Shown here piece after piece: positions 49,402 through 62,945 of a stretch of DNA of 64,000 nt. A model generated the notes under the pieces. The model was not told the DNA's origin. It was given only the letters and a program-made list of their open reading frames with translations, and did no database searches. The first letter of the stretch is position 1; every line of letters begins with the position of its first letter. The stretch is from an uncultured Eubacteriales bacterium (lineage in GTDB: Bacteria > Bacillota_I > Bacilli_A > RFN20 > CAG-826). Both the position numbers and the translations under genes were made by a program. The stretch is taken from assembly GCA_963652335.1 (NCBI GenBank), contig CAVJSS010000002.1, forward strand, positions 97,330 to 161,329. The letters are read 5' to 3'.

Positions 49402-50091
49402 ATGAAGTCAGGCAAGAAATATCGCAACGCAGCTGAACTCATCGAAAAGGATCGCTTGTATTCCATCGACGAAGCCGCCGCTTTACTCAAAAAAACCTCA
49501 ACCACCAAGTTCGATTCTGCCATCGATATCAGCTTCGCCCTCAACGTCAATCCGACCAAGGCCGATCAGTTGATTCGTGGCACCATCGTCCTTCCTAATG
49601 GGAACGGCAAAACCAAGAAAGTCTTGGCCGTCACCATGAGCAAACAGCAAGAAGCCAAAGACGCCGGAGCCGAATTCGTCGGCGGCAAGGAATTGCTCGA
49701 AAAGATCCAAAAAGAAAACTGGTTCGATTTCGATATCATCGTCGCCACGCCGGATATGATGGGCGAATTGGGAAAAATGGGCCGCCTATTGGGTCCTAAA
49801 GGTTTGATGCCAAACCCTAAGACCGGAACCGTCAGCATGAATATCGGCGACGCCATCAAAGAAATCAAACGTGGCAAAATCGCTTACCGTGTCGATAGAG
49901 ACGGCAACCTCAACGTTTCCATCGCTCGCTGCTCCTTCGACGAAAAGGCCATTGCCGAAAACATCAATGCCATCGTCGAAACCATCGTCCGTAGCCGCCC
50001 AAGCACAGTCAAGGGCACCTACATCAAAAACGCCGTCGTCCATACCACCATGGGCCCTGGCATCAAAATCGCTTTCGAAGGCCGCAACTAG
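49402..50091 (+). CDS. rplA: 50S ribosomal protein L1
   Basis: 229 aa. Confidence 0.97.
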   Translation: MKSGKKYRNAAELIEKDRLYSIDEAAALLKKTSTTKFDSAIDISFALNVNPTKADQLIRGTIVLPNGNGKTKKVLAVTMSKQQEAKDAGAEFVGGKELLEKIQKENWFDFDIIVATPDMMGELGKMGRLLGPKGLMPNPKTGTVSMNIGDAIKEIKRGKIAYRVDRDGNLNVSIARCSFDEKAIAENINAIVETIVRSRPSTVKGTYIKNAVVHTTMGPGIKIAFEGRN

Positions 50092-50258
50092 CAGCCTTTG
50101 AGGCCAATTGCATTGGTGAATTGCTTGCTATACCTAAGATAACAACGGGCAAGTGCCTTAATAGTTACACGTTGTTGAGGTCATTCAATTTCACAAACTA
50201 AACTCACTAGTTATAGAAAGCATCACATAGTCGACCCACAAAGAAAGGAGGAATTAGC
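50092..50258 (+). promoter_or_regulatory. probable rplJ (L10) leader region
   Basis: 167-nt untranslated gap between rplA and rplJ. In Firmicutes this region carries the autoregulatory L10(L12)4-binding leader. The structure was not verified by eye. Confidence 0.35.
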
Positions 50259-50771
50259 ATGAACAAAGAAGTTCTCGCCGCCAAAGCAGAGACAGTTGCC
50301 GAAATAACTGCCGCTCTTGATAACTGCGGTTCTCTCACCGTTGTCTCTTACCAGGGATTAACCGTTAAGGAAACAACCGAACTTCGTCGCAAACTTGCAG
50401 AGAAGGGATGCCACATGGTTGTCTACAAGAACAAACTCGTCGAGCGCGCTCTTGAAGCCAAAGGCACTTCCGATTTGAAGGAATACCTCGAAGGTCCCAA
50501 CGCCTTCATCTTCTCCAAGGAAATCTCCGATGGCCCAGCCGTCATCCGCAAATTCGCCCGTTTACACGACGCTCTCGTGGTCAAAGGCGGTTTAGTCGAT
50601 GGCAAAGCTTATGATGCCAACGGGATGAAAGATTTCGCAACGATGCCGAACAAGGAAGGCTTGTTATCCATGTTCTGCCAATGCCTGAACGCTCCAATCA
50701 GCAAGTTCGCCGTCGCCGTGAACGCTATCGCGGAAAAAGCTGCACCAGCCACTGCTGGGGAAGCCGCTTAA
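50259..50771 (+). CDS. rplJ: 50S ribosomal protein L10
   Basis: 170 aa. Confidence 0.95.
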   Translation: MNKEVLAAKAETVAEITAALDNCGSLTVVSYQGLTVKETTELRRKLAEKGCHMVVYKNKLVERALEAKGTSDLKEYLEGPNAFIFSKEISDGPAVIRKFARLHDALVVKGGLVDGKAYDANGMKDFATMPNKEGLLSMFCQCLNAPISKFAVAVNAIAEKAAPATAGEAA

Positions 50772-50794
50772 TTAGCCTATAGGAGGAAATTACC

Positions 50795-51169
50795 ATGGCT
50801 GAGAAATTAACCAACGAACAAATTATTGACACCCTCAAACAATTGACCGTCGTCGAACTCAACGAATTAGTCAAATTGGTCGAAGAGACCTTCGGTGTCT
50901 CCGCCGCTGCCCCAGTCGCCGCTGCCCCAGTCGAAGAAGAAGCCGTCGCCAAAGGACCAGTAGAAGTTTCTTTGATCCTTAAGGAAGTCGGTGGATCCAA
51001 AGTCGCCGTCATCAAAGCCGTTCAGGCCATCACCGGCCTTGGCTTGATGGATGCCAAGAAACTCGTCGATGGTGCCCCATGCGCCATCAAAGAGCACATC
51101 AGCCAAGTCGAAGCCGACACCCACAAAGCCGCTCTCGAAGGCGCTGGTGCCAAAGTCGAAATCAAATAA
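50795..51169 (+). CDS. rplL: 50S ribosomal protein L7/L12
   Basis: 124 aa. Ala/Pro hinge AAAPVAAAPVEEEA. Confidence 0.97.
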   Translation: MAEKLTNEQIIDTLKQLTVVELNELVKLVEETFGVSAAAPVAAAPVEEEAVAKGPVEVSLILKEVGGSKVAVIKAVQAITGLGLMDAKKLVDGAPCAIKEHISQVEADTHKAALEGAGAKVEIK

Positions 51170-51196
51170 GCTTTCGTTTGTTTTGACCAACTTCAA

Positions 51197-51236
51197 CCCC
51201 TCCCTGCAAAGCCGTCGCCTCGCGGGGAGGGGGTTT
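51197..51236 (+). terminator. GC-rich hairpin (attenuator/terminator) after rplL
   Basis: CCCCTCCC ... GGGAGGGG stem with an internal loop, followed by a short TTT. Weak U-tract, so probably a partial terminator. Confidence 0.45.
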
Positions 51237-51261
51237 ATGCTATATAAAAGGAGTCTGAAAT

Positions 51262-51870
51262 ATGCCGCAATATTTCGATAACGTAGACATATCAGACCGC
51301 AAAACATACCACTATAACGCAATTATAAATGGCGTGTCTTACCCTTTTAACGGCACTGATGGAACCTTCTCCAAAGACAGTTTGGACGATGGCACGAAAT
51401 TGTTGCTTGAAACCATCGTCCAAGCTGATCTTGGAAATAAGATTCTTGACCTTGGCTGCGGAGCAGGCCCAATCGGACTAATTCTGGCCGCAACCGACAG
51501 TTCGAGATTCGTCACCATGTGCGACGTGAATCTGACTGCCCTTGACTTAACAAAGCAAAATGCCGTTTTGAATGGTGTTTCCGAAAGAGTCGAGATCGTC
51601 GAAAGCGACGTTTACCACAACATAAACTCCAGTTACGACACGATAGTATCCAACCCTCCGATAAGAGCCGGGAAGAAAGTGACTTACGCTATATATGAAG
51701 GCGCAAGCGCGCATTTACGTCCGGGCGGTTCATTAATCATCGTGATTAGGCGCAAACAAGGCGCCGACAGCGTCAAGGATTACCTGAACGATCTTTTCGG
51801 AAACGTGAGCGTGCTCGCATCACATAAAGGATACCGAGTCCTAAAAGCAACTAAGAAAGGAGCGAAGTAA
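51262..51870 (+). CDS. class I SAM-dependent RNA methyltransferase (RsmC/YbxB-like small methyltransferase domain)
   Basis: 202 aa. SAM-binding [14 protein letters not shown]-type motif VSNPPIRAG. Conserved position between rplL and rpoB as for B. subtilis ybxB. Confidence 0.75.
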   Translation: MPQYFDNVDISDRKTYHYNAIINGVSYPFNGTDGTFSKDSLDDGTKLLLETIVQADLGNKILDLGCGAGPIGLILAATDSSRFVTMCDVNLTALDLTKQNAVLNGVSERVEIVESDVYHNINSSYDTIVSNPPIRAGKKVTYAIYEGASAHLRPGGSLIIVIRRKQGADSVKDYLNDLFGNVSVLASHKGYRVLKATKKGAK

Positions 51871-54800
51871 TGGCAAATAAGGCTACTACTTACAAAAATT
51901 ACCCATTAGGAAGAAACGATCGAATCAACTTTTCCAAAATCTCTGGTTCATTGGATATCCCTTACATGGTCGAGATCCAAGTCAAATCCTTCAATTGGTT
52001 TTTGAAAGAAGGATTGGATGAAGTCATGAAGGAAGTCTTCCCAATCTCGAATTATGCCGAGAATTTCTTCATCGATTATATTTCTTCCAGATTCGAAGAG
52101 CCGGTTTATACCCCATTGGAATGCAAAGGCGGCGACCTTACTTATTCAAGCAAACTCAAAGTCAAATTAAGCCTTCGCAACGCAATCACCGGCGAAGTCA
52201 AGGAATCCGGCGAAGTCTTCATGGGCGATGTCCCTATGATGACCGATTCCGGCACCTTCATCATCAACGGATCGGAACGTGTCATCGTTTCCCAGATCGT
52301 CCGTTCCCCTGGCGCGTATTTCCAAGATACCCCAGATAAGAGCGGCAAACATATATATAATGGCGAAATCATCCCTACCCGTGGCACTTGGCTTCAATTC
52401 GAAAGCGACCTCAAGGGCCTTTTATGGGTTAGGATCGATCGTCAAAGAAAAATGCCTGCCACAATCCTTTTCAAAGCCCTTGGCATTTCCAAAGAAAAGG
52501 ATTTGAAGGATTTGTTCGGGGATTCCGATTCCTTTAAGGATACCTTGGAGAAGGATTCCGGAAACAAGACGGACATGGAAGCTTTGCAGGAAATATTCCG
52601 CAAATTAAAGCCAGGCGAACCTCTCACCAAAGAAGGCGTTCTTAGCTTCTTGGTCACCAAATTCTTCGATGGGAAACGGTACGATTTAGGCAAAGCAGGC
52701 CGTTTCAAATATCTCCAAAAACTTGGAATCTATGAAAGATTGCCAGGCAGGATCTTAGCCGAACCATTGGTCAGCGTCGATGGCGAAATCTTAGCCGATT
52801 CCAATGGCGAATATTATCTTGGAGGAAGGAAACTCACCAAAGCCGACGTCAGTTATCTCAAAGATATCGAATTCTTTGAAAAGGGCGCGATGACCAAAAA
52901 GGTCAAAGTCAACGAATTGATCGACGATCATAGCACTGTCAATATGGTCAAAGTCCATGCGAATGATCGCAGCAATGGCAAAGTCGTCACCATAGTCGGC
53001 ACCAATCTCAACGAAACTCTGACTCGCGTAACCGTGTCCGACATGATTGCTTGTTTCTCCTATTTCATGAATATCCAAGATGGACTCGGACAAACCGACG
53101 ATATCGACCATTTAGGCAACAGACGCGTCCGTTGCGTTGGCGAATTGCTTCAAACCCAATTCCGTATTGGCTTAACCAAAATGGAAAAGACCGTCCAACA
53201 AAAGATGTCCATCACCGAGCTTGAATCAGCCAAGCCTCAGCAATTGATCAACATCCGCCCACTTACCACCTCCATCCACGAATTCTTCTCTTCCTCGCAA
53301 CTATCCCAGTTCATGGACCAAACCAACCCATTGGCAGAATTGACCAACAAGCGTCGTATTTCCGCCCTTGGTCCTGGCGGTCTTACCAGGGATCGCGCTT
53401 CCATGGAAGTCCGTGACGTCCACTATACCCACTATGGCCGTATTTGTCCTATCGAAACGCCAGAAGGCCAAAACATAGGTCTTATCAATAACCTTTCAAC
53501 CTACGCCAAAATCAACGATTATGGATTCATCCAAACCCCATATCGCATCGTCTATCACGTCGATGGCCATGATTATGTTTCCGATGAAGCCGAATATCTT
53601 TCAGCCGATGACGAAAGAGGCCTATATATCGCCGAAGCCAACATCGCTTTAAGCGAACCGAAGGAAATTATGATCGGCGGCGAAAAGAAGTTGGTCAAAG
53701 AAATCATCGAAGACGAATGCGTCTGCCGTCACGACGAAGAATCCGAACGTGCTTCTAAGCACTTGATTTCCTATGTCGACGTTTCGCCAAAGCAAATCAT
53801 TTCCATCGCTGCCGCTTGTATTCCATTCTTGGAAAATGACGATGGCACGCGTGCTTTGATGGGTGCTAATATGCAACGTCAAGCCCTTCCTCTTCTCCGT
53901 CCATCCCTTGCCTATGTTGGCACCGGCATGGAACCGATCATTGCCAAGGACTCCGGCTTAGCGGCCGTTTCCATCGAAGCTGGAACAGTAACCTATGTCG
54001 ATTCCAAGACCATCAAAGTCAAAGAAAAGAACGGCGAAAGGATCTATAACCTCGAAAAATTCGAACGTGCCAACGGTGGTACCTGCATCAACCAGACCCC
54101 GATCGTCAAAGTCGGAGACAAGATCCAAAAGAATCAGATCATTTCCGATGGCCCAGCCATGAAAAACGGCGAACTTGCTTTGGGACAAAACGTCCTCATC
54201 GCTTATATGACTTGGCATGGTTACAACTACGAAGACGCCATCATCATGTCCGAAAGGATGGTAAAGGAAGATACCTACACCTCCATCCATATCGAAAAAT
54301 ACGAGATCGAATGCCGCGAAACCAAACTCGGCAACGAAGAGATCACCCGCGACATCCCTAACGTCCGCGAAGATCAAAAGACCTTCCTTGACGAAGATGG
54401 CATCATCATTCCTGGCGCCGAAGTCAAAGAAGGCGACATTTTGGTCGGCAAGACCACTCCAAAAGGACAAACCGAGCCAACCCCAGAAGAAAAGCTTCTC
54501 ATGGCCATCTTCGCCGAGAAAATCAAAGACGGAAAAGATTCTTCCTTGCGCGTCCCTCATGGCGGCGCCGGAATCGTCTTGGGCGTCAAGGTCTTCGTTC
54601 GAAAGAAAGACCCACTCCCGGCCGGAGTTCTTAAAGCGGTCCGCGTTTACATCGTCCAAAAGAGAAAAATCTCCGAAGGCGACAAAATGTCCGGGCGTCA
54701 CGGCAACAAAGGCGTCATTTCCAAGATCTTGCCTGTTGAGGACATGCCATTCTTGCCGGATGGCACCCCAATCGACATTCTTCTTTCCCCGATGGGCGTC

Positions 54801-55556
54801 CCTTCTCGTATGAATATCGGTCAGATTTCCGAAATCCATTTGGGATTGGCTTGCAAAAAGCTCGGCATAAAGATCGCCACGCCGGCGTTCGATGGCGTTT
54901 CCGGCGACGAAATAACCGATTTGATGAAAAGAGCCGGCATTTCCGAAGACGGAAAGACCATCCTCTACGATGGCCAAACCGGCGAACGTTTCCCAGAACG
55001 CATTTCCGTCGGCGTCCAGTACATGATCAAACTCGTGCACATGGTCGACGACAAATTGCATGCACGTGCGACTGGACCATATTCCCTTGTCACCCAGCAA
55101 CCTTTGGGCGGCAAGGCTCAAAACGGCGGCCAGCGTTTCGGCGAAATGGAAGTCTGGGCCCTCGAAGCCTATGGAGCTTCGCATATCTTGCAGGAAATCA
55201 TCACCTACAAGTCCGATGACCGCGTCGGCCGCAGAAAGGCTTACGAGGCCATCATCAAAGGTCTTAAGTTGCCTAACCCAGGCATGCCAGAAGCCTTCAA
55301 AGTCCTTACCAAAGAACTTCGCGGCCTTGGCATGAGCGTTGACCTTACCGATCAGGAAGGCTATCCGATCAATATGGACGATCTTGCCAAAGAGGCGTTG
55401 ATCGAAGAAAGGAAAGTCAATTCCGCCATCCGCAACCTTTCCACCAAGCGTGAAGAAAAAGAAGAAGATGTAGTCGAAGTCAACCACGATGAAGAAATCG
55501 CCGAAGAGGGATTGAGCGTCGGCTCCGCCTCTTATTACGGCGGCTCGAAGGAATAA
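51870..55556 (+). CDS. rpoB: DNA-directed RNA polymerase subunit beta
   Basis: 1228 aa. Confidence 0.98.
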   Translation: MANKATTYKNYPLGRNDRINFSKISGSLDIPYMVEIQVKSFNWFLKEGLDEVMKEVFPISNYAENFFIDYISSRFEEPVYTPLECKGGDLTYSSKLKVKLSLRNAITGEVKESGEVFMGDVPMMTDSGTFIINGSERVIVSQIVRSPGAYFQDTPDKSGKHIYNGEIIPTRGTWLQFESDLKGLLWVRIDRQRKMPATILFKALGISKEKDLKDLFGDSDSFKDTLEKDSGNKTDMEALQEIFRKLKPGEPLTKEGVLSFLVTKFFDGKRYDLGKAGRFKYLQKLGIYERLPGRILAEPLVSVDGEILADSNGEYYLGGRKLTKADVSYLKDIEFFEKGAMTKKVKVNELIDDHSTVNMVKVHANDRSNGKVVTIVGTNLNETLTRVTVSDMIACFSYFMNIQDGLGQTDDIDHLGNRRVRCVGELLQTQFRIGLTKMEKTVQQKMSITELESAKPQQLINIRPLTTSIHEFFSSSQLSQFMDQTNPLAELTNKRRISALGPGGLTRDRASMEVRDVHYTHYGRICPIETPEGQNIGLINNLSTYAKINDYGFIQTPYRIVYHVDGHDYVSDEAEYLSADDERGLYIAEANIALSEPKEIMIGGEKKLVKEIIEDECVCRHDEESERASKHLISYVDVSPKQIISIAAACIPFLENDDGTRALMGANMQRQALPLLRPSLAYVGTGMEPIIAKDSGLAAVSIEAGTVTYVDSKTIKVKEKNGERIYNLEKFERANGGTCINQTPIVKVGDKIQKNQIISDGPAMKNGELALGQNVLIAYMTWHGYNYEDAIIMSERMVKEDTYTSIHIEKYEIECRETKLGNEEITRDIPNVREDQKTFLDEDGIIIPGAEVKEGDILVGKTTPKGQTEPTPEEKLLMAIFAEKIKDGKDSSLRVPHGGAGIVLGVKVFVRKKDPLPAGVLKAVRVYIVQKRKISEGDKMSGRHGNKGVISKILPVEDMPFLPDGTPIDILLSPMGVPSRMNIGQISEIHLGLACKKLGIKIATPAFDGVSGDEITDLMKRAGISEDGKTILYDGQTGERFPERISVGVQYMIKLVHMVDDKLHARATGPYSLVTQQPLGGKAQNGGQRFGEMEVWALEAYGASHILQEIITYKSDDRVGRRKAYEAIIKGLKLPNPGMPEAFKVLTKELRGLGMSVDLTDQEGYPINMDDLAKEALIEERKVNSAIRNLSTKREEKEEDVVEVNHDEEIAEEGLSVGSASYYGGSKE

Positions 55557-55571
55557 GGAGGGATTTGAATC

Positions 55572-58500
55572 ATGTTCGATATCAAAAATTTAGCGGCGAT
55601 GAAAGTCGGCCTTGCTTCTCCTGAAACCATCCGTTCTTGGTCCCATGGCGAGGTCACCAAGCCTGAAACCATCAACTATCGTAGCCAAAAACCGGAACCG
55701 GGAGGCCTTTTCTGTGAAAAGATCTTCGGTCCGTCAAAGGATTACGAATGCCATTGCGGCAAATACAAAAAAATCAGATATCAAGGAATCACCTGCGAAA
55801 AGTGCGGCGTCGAGGTCACTTCGAAAGAATGGAGGCGCGAACGTTTCGGCCATATCGATTTGGTTTCCCCTTGCTCTCATATTTGGTATTTGAAAGACAT
55901 TCCATCCCGCATGGGACTTGTCTTGGATATCAGCGCCAAAGAACTTGAGGAAGTCATCTATTTCGCGGCCCACATCTGCCTTAATCCAGGCAATTCCAAC
56001 GTCTTGAAATACAAACAGTTCTTGGATGAAAAGAGCGCAAGAGAGATTTTCCCTCACGTAATCGAAGAATTCCAGCCTAGCTTAGCTGAAGGCAGCGCCG
56101 ATGCCCTCCGTGCGGAAGAACTCCTTCGCAGAATGGCCAACCCTGAAGAGACTTTCGACTTCTTCTCGACGGCTGCTTTCATCTCCCGCCACACCGATGC
56201 CGAATTCGGAGAGGGTGCCAAAGCCATCAAACGCTTGCTCCATGAAGTGGATCTTGTCGCCGAATCGGAATATCTAAGAGGCGAAATTAAAAACAGCACT
56301 GGCCAAAAACGCCAAAAGCTCACTAAGAGACTCGAAGTAATCGAAGCTTTCCGTGAATCAAACCAATTGCCTGAATGGATGATTCTGGATGTCATCCCAG
56401 TCATTCCTCCAGATCTTCGCCCAATGCTTCCTTTGGACGGCGGCCGTTTCGCGGCTTCCGACTTGAACGATCTCTATCGTCGCGTCATATCTCGCAATAC
56501 CCGTTTGAAGAAATTGATCGACATGCGCGCCCCCGAAGTCATTTTGATGAACGAGCGCCGTATGTTGCAGGAAGCGGTGGATGCTTTGATCGACAACGGA
56601 CGTCGTTCCAAGCCAGTCACTGGCCCTACCGGACGTACCTTGAAGTCTTTGTCCTCTGGATTGAAAGGCAAACAAGGCCGTTTCCGTCAGAATTTGCTTG
56701 GCAAACGTGTCGATTATTCCGGCCGTTCCGTCATTGCCGTCGGCCCGAATCTCAGAATGTATCAATGTGGCCTTCCACGAGAGATGGCCATCCAGCTTCT
56801 CCGTCCATTCATCGCTTCGGTGATGATCAAACGTGGAATCGTCCATTCTTACAAAGAAGCCGATGCTTCCATTAATCGTTTGGATTCGGTGGTCTTTGAC
56901 ATCGTCGAAGAGATCATCGGCCAACACCCGGTTCTCCTTAACCGCGCTCCAACTCTTCATAGACTCGGCATCCAAGCTTTCCAGCCGACCCTTGTCGATG
57001 GCCGGGCCATCCGTTTGCACCCGCTCGTTTGCACTGGCTTCAACGCCGACTTCGACGGTGACCAGATGGCGGTCCACGTACCATTAAGCAAAGAAGCTCA
57101 ATTCGAAGCTTTGAATTTGATGCTCGCTTCCAATAACATCCTTGGCCCAAAAGACGGCAAACCAATCGCCGTCCCATCCCAAGACATGATTTTGGGCAAC
57201 TATTGGTTGACGATGGAAGAAAGCGCCGACGATTTCTTGGCACATGCCAAATCTTTGCGAGAGATCGAAATCGATTCGGATAATGTCGGAGAAAAGGCAG
57301 CGACCGAAGAAGAAGCGGCCGAATCCGAGAACTTCGCCGAGATGGAAGGAAGCGCATTCGCTTCGGTTTCCGAAGTCATCCGTGCCTACGAAACCCATTC
57401 GATCGGCTTGCATGACCGTATCGCCATCAAATCATCTTCGATCCATAAGACCTTCGCTCCGGGAAGCGATCCAGACAACGTCAAGGATTACGCTTTGCCA
57501 TTCTATGCGAAAAACAAATATTTGCTTACCACCGTCGGCAAGGTCATCTTCAACGAGATCTTCCCTGACGACTTTCATTACATCAACGACGATCCTGCTT
57601 GTTCTTTGGAAACGGTCAAATCCTGGTTCGTTCCTTATGGAACCAATTTGCCAGAAGCCATCAAGGCCACTCCTCTCCGTTCCCCTATCGCCAAGAAGGG
57701 ATTGGGAATTTTGATCGATCAGATCTTCCATAAATACGATATGAGAGAAGATGCCTACGAACCTGATGGCTCCCAATATTCCATCCGTCCTTCCAAAACG
57801 GCCGCTATCTTGGACAAGATCAAAGACCAAGGATTCGAATATTCGACGGTCTCTTCGATCACCGTTGCCAGAAGCGACATCAACCTCAAATCTTCCGACC
57901 CCAACAAGCAATCGATCAACGATTTCAAATACGAATGCGTTGCCGAAGGCTATAAACAAGTCGACAAGATCGCTGCTTTGTATAAGAAAGGCATGTTCTC
58001 CGACAAAGAACGCCATAAGGCTGTCTGCGACGTTTGGAACGATGTCTCCAAAGCCGTCGAAAACAAGGTCGCCGAATACCTTAAAGAAGATAAGCGCAAC
58101 CCATTGGTCATCATGGCCGATTCCGGCGCTCGTGGCAACATCGCCAACTTCAAACAGCTAGTCGGCATGAAAGGCTTGGTCGCCAACCCTAAAAACGAAG
58201 CCATCGAACTTCCTATCGTTTCTTCCTATCGCGAAGGCTTAAAGGTCGCCGAATTCTTCATCAACACCCACGGTGCCCGTAAAGGTGGCGCCGATACCGC
58301 TCTTAAGACCGCTGACTCTGGCTATCTTACCCGTCGTTTGGTCGATGTTTCCCAAGATGTCGTCGTCCGTGAAGTCGATTGCCATTGCGATCACGGCTTC
58401 AAGGTTCGCGCCATCGTCAATACCGCCCAAAACACCATCGTCGCCAAATTGAGCGAACGTTTGATCGGGCGTTTCTCCATGCACGATATAGTCGATCCTA

Positions 58501-59612
58501 AGACTGGTGAGGTCATTGTTCCTGGAAACACCATGATCAGCGAAGACGACGCTGCCAAGATCACCGCTGCTGGCATCGAGGAAGTCGAGATCCGCTCCCT
58601 CTTCTCTTGCCAAACCAAAAACGGCGTCTGCCAACACTGCTATGGTCGCAACATGGCCACTGGACGTTTGGTAGAATTAGGCGAAGCGGTTGGCATCATG
58701 GCCGCTCAATCCATTGGTGAGCCTGGCACTCAGTTGACCATGCGAGTCTTCCACACCGGCGGCATGGCCGGAAGCGACATCACCCAAGGTCTCCCGCGTG
58801 TCCAAGAACTCGTCGAAGCCCGCAACCCTAAAGGCGAAGCCCTCATTTCCGAAATCGATGGCACCATCGAGAACATCGAAGATGACGGCAACGGCCGCTA
58901 TAAGGTTTCGGTCCGCTCCATCGCTGACAAGACCGCCGAATCCGACGTTCCGGAAATCAGAGAATATCTCACCGGATATGGCGTTCGTCTCCGCGTCAAG
59001 AAAGGCGATCACGTCGAAGCTGGCGGAAAGATCACCGAAGGCGCAATCGATCCTAAGAAGCTGCTTGAATATTCTTCCAAAGAGAAAGTCCAAGTCTATA
59101 TGATCAAAGAAATCCGCAAAGTCTATGCCGCCCAAGGCATTGGCATTTCGGATAAGCATCTCGAAGTCATCGTCCGTCAGATGTTGCGCAAGCTCGTCGT
59201 CATCGATGCCGGGGATACTGAACTTTTGCCAGGCACCAAAGTCGACACTGACCGTTTCACCTTAGTCAACCAAGAAGCCTTATTGGCTGGCAAACGCCCA
59301 GCGTTGGCTAAGCCAATGGTCTTAGGTATCACCAAGGCCGCTTTGGAAACCGAATCCTTCCTCTCGGCTACTTCTTTCCAACAGACCACCCGTATCCTTA
59401 CCGATGCCGCGATCAGAGCCAAGACCGACCGTCTCCATGGCTTGAAAGAGAACGTCATCACCGGACGTTTGATCCCTGCCGGAACCGGAGCCGAAGATCC
59501 TGAAGTCTCCAAAAAGAGCATTGCTGCCTTCTCTGTCTTAGACAAGATGGACGAAGTACGCGATACCTATATCGAAGCTCACGATCGTCACGAGGCCAAA
59601 GAAGTTCAATAA
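55572..59612 (+). CDS. rpoC: DNA-directed RNA polymerase subunit beta-prime
   Basis: 1346 aa. [14 protein letters not shown] active site. Zn finger [20 protein letters not shown]. About 150 aa longer than Bacillus beta-prime because of lineage-specific inserts. Confidence 0.98.
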   Translation: MFDIKNLAAMKVGLASPETIRSWSHGEVTKPETINYRSQKPEPGGLFCEKIFGPSKDYECHCGKYKKIRYQGITCEKCGVEVTSKEWRRERFGHIDLVSPCSHIWYLKDIPSRMGLVLDISAKELEEVIYFAAHICLNPGNSNVLKYKQFLDEKSAREIFPHVIEEFQPSLAEGSADALRAEELLRRMANPEETFDFFSTAAFISRHTDAEFGEGAKAIKRLLHEVDLVAESEYLRGEIKNSTGQKRQKLTKRLEVIEAFRESNQLPEWMILDVIPVIPPDLRPMLPLDGGRFAASDLNDLYRRVISRNTRLKKLIDMRAPEVILMNERRMLQEAVDALIDNGRRSKPVTGPTGRTLKSLSSGLKGKQGRFRQNLLGKRVDYSGRSVIAVGPNLRMYQCGLPREMAIQLLRPFIASVMIKRGIVHSYKEADASINRLDSVVFDIVEEIIGQHPVLLNRAPTLHRLGIQAFQPTLVDGRAIRLHPLVCTGFNADFDGDQMAVHVPLSKEAQFEALNLMLASNNILGPKDGKPIAVPSQDMILGNYWLTMEESADDFLAHAKSLREIEIDSDNVGEKAATEEEAAESENFAEMEGSAFASVSEVIRAYETHSIGLHDRIAIKSSSIHKTFAPGSDPDNVKDYALPFYAKNKYLLTTVGKVIFNEIFPDDFHYINDDPACSLETVKSWFVPYGTNLPEAIKATPLRSPIAKKGLGILIDQIFHKYDMREDAYEPDGSQYSIRPSKTAAILDKIKDQGFEYSTVSSITVARSDINLKSSDPNKQSINDFKYECVAEGYKQVDKIAALYKKGMFSDKERHKAVCDVWNDVSKAVENKVAEYLKEDKRNPLVIMADSGARGNIANFKQLVGMKGLVANPKNEAIELPIVSSYREGLKVAEFFINTHGARKGGADTALKTADSGYLTRRLVDVSQDVVVREVDCHCDHGFKVRAIVNTAQNTIVAKLSERLIGRFSMHDIVDPKTGEVIVPGNTMISEDDAAKITAAGIEEVEIRSLFSCQTKNGVCQHCYGRNMATGRLVELGEAVGIMAAQSIGEPGTQLTMRVFHTGGMAGSDITQGLPRVQELVEARNPKGEALISEIDGTIENIEDDGNGRYKVSVRSIADKTAESDVPEIREYLTGYGVRLRVKKGDHVEAGGKITEGAIDPKKLLEYSSKEKVQVYMIKEIRKVYAAQGIGISDKHLEVIVRQMLRKLVVIDAGDTELLPGTKVDTDRFTLVNQEALLAGKRPALAKPMVLGITKAALETESFLSATSFQQTTRILTDAAIRAKTDRLHGLKENVITGRLIPAGTGAEDPEVSKKSIAAFSVLDKMDEVRDTYIEAHDRHEAKEVQ

Positions 59613-59624
59613 AACACAAAATAA

Positions 59625-59650
59625 GAGGCGAAAAAAATCGCCTCTTTTTT
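59625..59650 (+). terminator. rho-independent terminator after rpoC
   Basis: GAGGCG-aaaaaaat-CGCCTC followed by TTTTTT. Confidence 0.85.
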
Positions 59651-59738
59651 GTCTTCGCCAAGAGGTAAAACTATGCGATTCAAGAAGTCCACGCTTCCGT
59701 GCGTATCGAAAACATGAAAAATTCGATGGATTCTTGTG

Positions 59739-59767
59739 TTGACAGAACCTTTTTACATACGTAAGAT
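59739..59767 (+). promoter_or_regulatory. promoter of the str operon (TTGACA-17-TAAGAT)
   Basis: -35 TTGACA at 59739-59744, -10 TAAGAT at 59762-59767, about 70 nt upstream of rpsL. Confidence 0.55.
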
Positions 59768-59835
59768 TACCAACGTTCGCACACTGCCCTTTTAGGGCGC
59801 TTTATTAGCGAAATGTTATTCAAAGGAGAATCTAA

Positions 59836-60255
59836 ATGCCTACGATCAACCAACTCGTAAGACAAGGCCGCCAAAGCGCGGTCAAGAAATCCAAGACTCC
59901 TGCCCTCGGCAAGAGATGGAATTCCCTTACGAAAAAACAGACCAACCAGCCATCCGCCCAAAAGCGTGGCGTTTGCACTCGTGTTGGCACAATGACCCCG
60001 AAGAAGCCAAACTCCGCTCTTCGCAAATACGCTCGTGTCCGTTTGTCCAACGGATATGAAGTCACCGCCTACATCGGCGGGGAAGGCCACAACCTTCAAG
60101 AACACAGCACCGTCATGATTCGTGGCGGTCGTGTCAAAGATTTGCCAGGTGTCCGTTATCACATCGTCCGCGGCACCTTGGACTGCGCCGGCATCGAAGC
60201 CAGACGCCAAGGACGTTCCCTCTATGGCACCAAAAAGCCACATGAGAGCAAATAA
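59836..60255 (+). CDS. rpsL: 30S ribosomal protein S12
   Basis: 139 aa. Confidence 0.97.
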   Translation: MPTINQLVRQGRQSAVKKSKTPALGKRWNSLTKKQTNQPSAQKRGVCTRVGTMTPKKPNSALRKYARVRLSNGYEVTAYIGGEGHNLQEHSTVMIRGGRVKDLPGVRYHIVRGTLDCAGIEARRQGRSLYGTKKPHESK

Positions 60256-60270
60256 GGGAGGAAATAGACA

Positions 60271-60741
60271 ATGTCACGTAAAGGCAAAATCGAACACAGA
60301 GATGTTCTCCCAGATCCAATTTACAATTCCAAATTGGTCACTCGCTTGATCAATCGCGTCATGTATGATGGCAAGCGCGGAACCGCCCAAAAGATCATCT
60401 ATACTTCCTTCAAGACCATCGAAGAGAAGACCGGCAAACCAGCCATGGATGTCTTTGCGACCGCCGTCAACAACATCATGCCTGAAGTCGAATTGAAAGT
60501 CCGTCGTATCGGCGCCGCCAACTATCAGGTCCCAGTCGAGGTCAACCCAGCCAGGAAGCAAACCTTGGGCCTTCGCTGGTTGGTCACTTATGCCCGCTTG
60601 CGCAACGAGAAGACCATGGATGCCAAATTGGCTGCCGAGATCATCGACGCCGCCAACGGAACCGGTGGAGCCGTCAAAAAGAAAGAAGATGTCCTCAAGA
60701 TGGCCGAAGCCAACAAGGCTTACGCTCACTATCGTTGGTAA
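60271..60741 (+). CDS. rpsG: 30S ribosomal protein S7
   Basis: 156 aa. Confidence 0.97.
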   Translation: MSRKGKIEHRDVLPDPIYNSKLVTRLINRVMYDGKRGTAQKIIYTSFKTIEEKTGKPAMDVFATAVNNIMPEVELKVRRIGAANYQVPVEVNPARKQTLGLRWLVTYARLRNEKTMDAKLAAEIIDAANGTGGAVKKKEDVLKMAEANKAYAHYRW

Positions 60742-60756
60742 TAAAGGAGAAAGAAA

Positions 60757-62853
60757 ATGGCTGAAGACATACTCACAGGCGTAGATAAGTTCGACTTACC
60801 TCACACCCGTAATATCGGTATCATGGCTCACATCGATGCCGGCAAAACCACTACCACAGAACGTATCCTTTATTACACCGGCCGTTCCCATAAGATCGGC
60901 GAAGTCCATGAAGGTGCAGCCACCATGGACTGGATGGAAGAAGAGCAAGAACGCGGAATTACGATCACCTCATCCGCCACGACTTGTTTCTGGAAGGGCC
61001 ATCGCATCAATATCATCGATACCCCGGGACACGTCGATTTCACGGTCGAAGTCGAACGCTCCTTGCGTGTCTTAGACGGCGCAGTCACCGTTCTCGATTC
61101 CAAAAACGGCGTCGAGCCTCAAACCGAAACGGTCTGGCGCCAAGCCGACAAATACGGAGTCCCTAGAATCGTCTTCTGCAATAAGATGGACGCTATCGGC
61201 GCGGACTTCGAAATGTGTTTAGGAACCCTTAAAGAAAGACTTGGCGTCGATTATGCCGCCATCCAATATCCTATCGGCCGCGAATCCATGTTCACCGGCG
61301 AAATCGATTTGGTGAAGATGGAAGCTTGGTATTATGACCTCAAAGACAAAGACATCCCGCCAGTCATCAAGCCAGTTCCTGAAGAATTGATGGACAAAGC
61401 CATCTATTATCGCAACGAATTGATCGAGAAGCTTGCCGCTTACGACGATGACTTCATGATGAAGGTTTTAGACGGCGAAGAGCCAAGCGTCGAAGAAATC
61501 AAAGCCGTCATCCGCAAAGCCACGATCTCTGGGAAATTCTTCCCGGTCCTCTGCGGAACAGCCTTCAAAAACAAGGGCGTCCAGCTCTTGTTGGACGCTG
61601 TCATCGATTATCTCCCTTCCCCACTTGATATCCCTGGGGAAAAAGGCGTCGATGCCAAAGGCAATGACTTCACTTGCACCGTCACCGATAAGGCTCCATT
61701 CGTCGGATTGGCCTTCAAGATCGCCACCGACCCATTCGTTGGCCGTTTGGCTTACGTCCGTGTCTATCAAGGCGTCTTAAAGAGCGGTTCCTATGTCTTG
61801 AATAGTTCCAATGGCAACCAAGAACGTATCGCCCGTTTGGTCCTTATGCATTCCAACCATCGTCAAGAGGTTTCAGAGCTTAAGGCAGGCGAAATCGGCG
61901 CGGTCGTCGGCTTAAAGACCACGACTACCGGCGATACCTTATGCGATCCGAACAACAAAGTCGTTCTCGAATCACTCGAATTCCCAGAGCCGGTTCTCGA
62001 AGAAGCGGTGGAGCCAAAGACCAAAGCCGACATCGAAAAGATGAATGTCGCTTTGGCTAAATTGGCCGAAGAAGATCCAACATTCCGCGTTCACACCAAC
62101 CAAGAAACCGGCCAGACGATCATCGCCGGCGTCGGTGAATTGCAACTCGAGATCTTGGTCGAACGTATGCGCCGCGAATTCAACGTTCAAGTCAACGTCG
62201 GCGCTCCGCAGGTCAACTATCGCGAAACCATCACCAAGACCGGAGAAGCCCAAGGCCGTTATGTCAAACAGTCCGGTGGTCATGGCCAATACGGCGATGT
62301 TTGGATCCGTTTTGAGCCAAACCCAGGGAAAGGCTTCGAATTCGTCGACGCCATCGTCGGTGGCTCGGTTCCAAAAGAATTCATCAAGCCAACCCAGCAA
62401 GGTTTGGAAGATGCTCTTACCAGGGGCATCATCGCTGGCTTCCCAGTAATCGACGTCAAGGCGACCTTATTCGACGGTTCTTATCACGATGTCGACTCTT
62501 CGGAAGCTGCTTATAAGATCGCTGCTTCAATGGCTTTGAAAGCCGCTGGAGACAAATGCGGTCCGGTAATCCTTGAGCCTATCATGAAGGTCGATATCAC
62601 GATCCCAGACCAATATTATGGCGATGTCATCGGCGACATCTCTCGTCGCCGTGGCCAACTTAACGGCGAAACCCAGCGTGGCAACAACGCCAAAGAGGTT
62701 TCTTGCTTAGTCCCATTGGCGGAAATGTTCGGTTATGTAACCGATTTGCGTTCCCTCACCCAAGGACGCGGCAACTTCATGATGACTTTCTCCCACTATG
62801 GACAAACCCCGCGTTTCATCCAAGACGAGATCGTCAAGAAAGCCCAACACTAA
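60757..62853 (+). CDS. fusA: elongation factor G
   Basis: 698 aa. G-domain [21 protein letters not shown]. Confidence 0.98.
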   Translation: MAEDILTGVDKFDLPHTRNIGIMAHIDAGKTTTTERILYYTGRSHKIGEVHEGAATMDWMEEEQERGITITSSATTCFWKGHRINIIDTPGHVDFTVEVERSLRVLDGAVTVLDSKNGVEPQTETVWRQADKYGVPRIVFCNKMDAIGADFEMCLGTLKERLGVDYAAIQYPIGRESMFTGEIDLVKMEAWYYDLKDKDIPPVIKPVPEELMDKAIYYRNELIEKLAAYDDDFMMKVLDGEEPSVEEIKAVIRKATISGKFFPVLCGTAFKNKGVQLLLDAVIDYLPSPLDIPGEKGVDAKGNDFTCTVTDKAPFVGLAFKIATDPFVGRLAYVRVYQGVLKSGSYVLNSSNGNQERIARLVLMHSNHRQEVSELKAGEIGAVVGLKTTTTGDTLCDPNNKVVLESLEFPEPVLEEAVEPKTKADIEKMNVALAKLAEEDPTFRVHTNQETGQTIIAGVGELQLEILVERMRREFNVQVNVGAPQVNYRETITKTGEAQGRYVKQSGGHGQYGDVWIRFEPNPGKGFEFVDAIVGGSVPKEFIKPTQQGLEDALTRGIIAGFPVIDVKATLFDGSYHDVDSSEAAYKIAASMALKAAGDKCGPVILEPIMKVDITIPDQYYGDVIGDISRRRGQLNGETQRGNNAKEVSCLVPLAEMFGYVTDLRSLTQGRGNFMMTFSHYGQTPRFIQDEIVKKAQH

Positions 62854-62945
62854 TTTATAAATTAGTAAATGTTGTAAAAAACAGCCCGTTGAAATATCAT
62901 AATTAACGGATTGTCAAAAACCATTTTTCGGAGGAAAAAACACCC

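Noticed and set aside
53958-55487. 509-aa ORF on the minus strand inside rpoB. Similar long antisense ORFs occur in rpoC (56358-57077, 57432-58016), fusA (61972-62400), tuf (63441-63968), rpsE (23079-23789) and rplC (15336-15782).
   Set aside because: They are entirely embedded antisense to strongly conserved, SD-led core genes. They have no SD or promoter of their own. They arise from stop-codon avoidance in the mirror frame of codon-biased genes.
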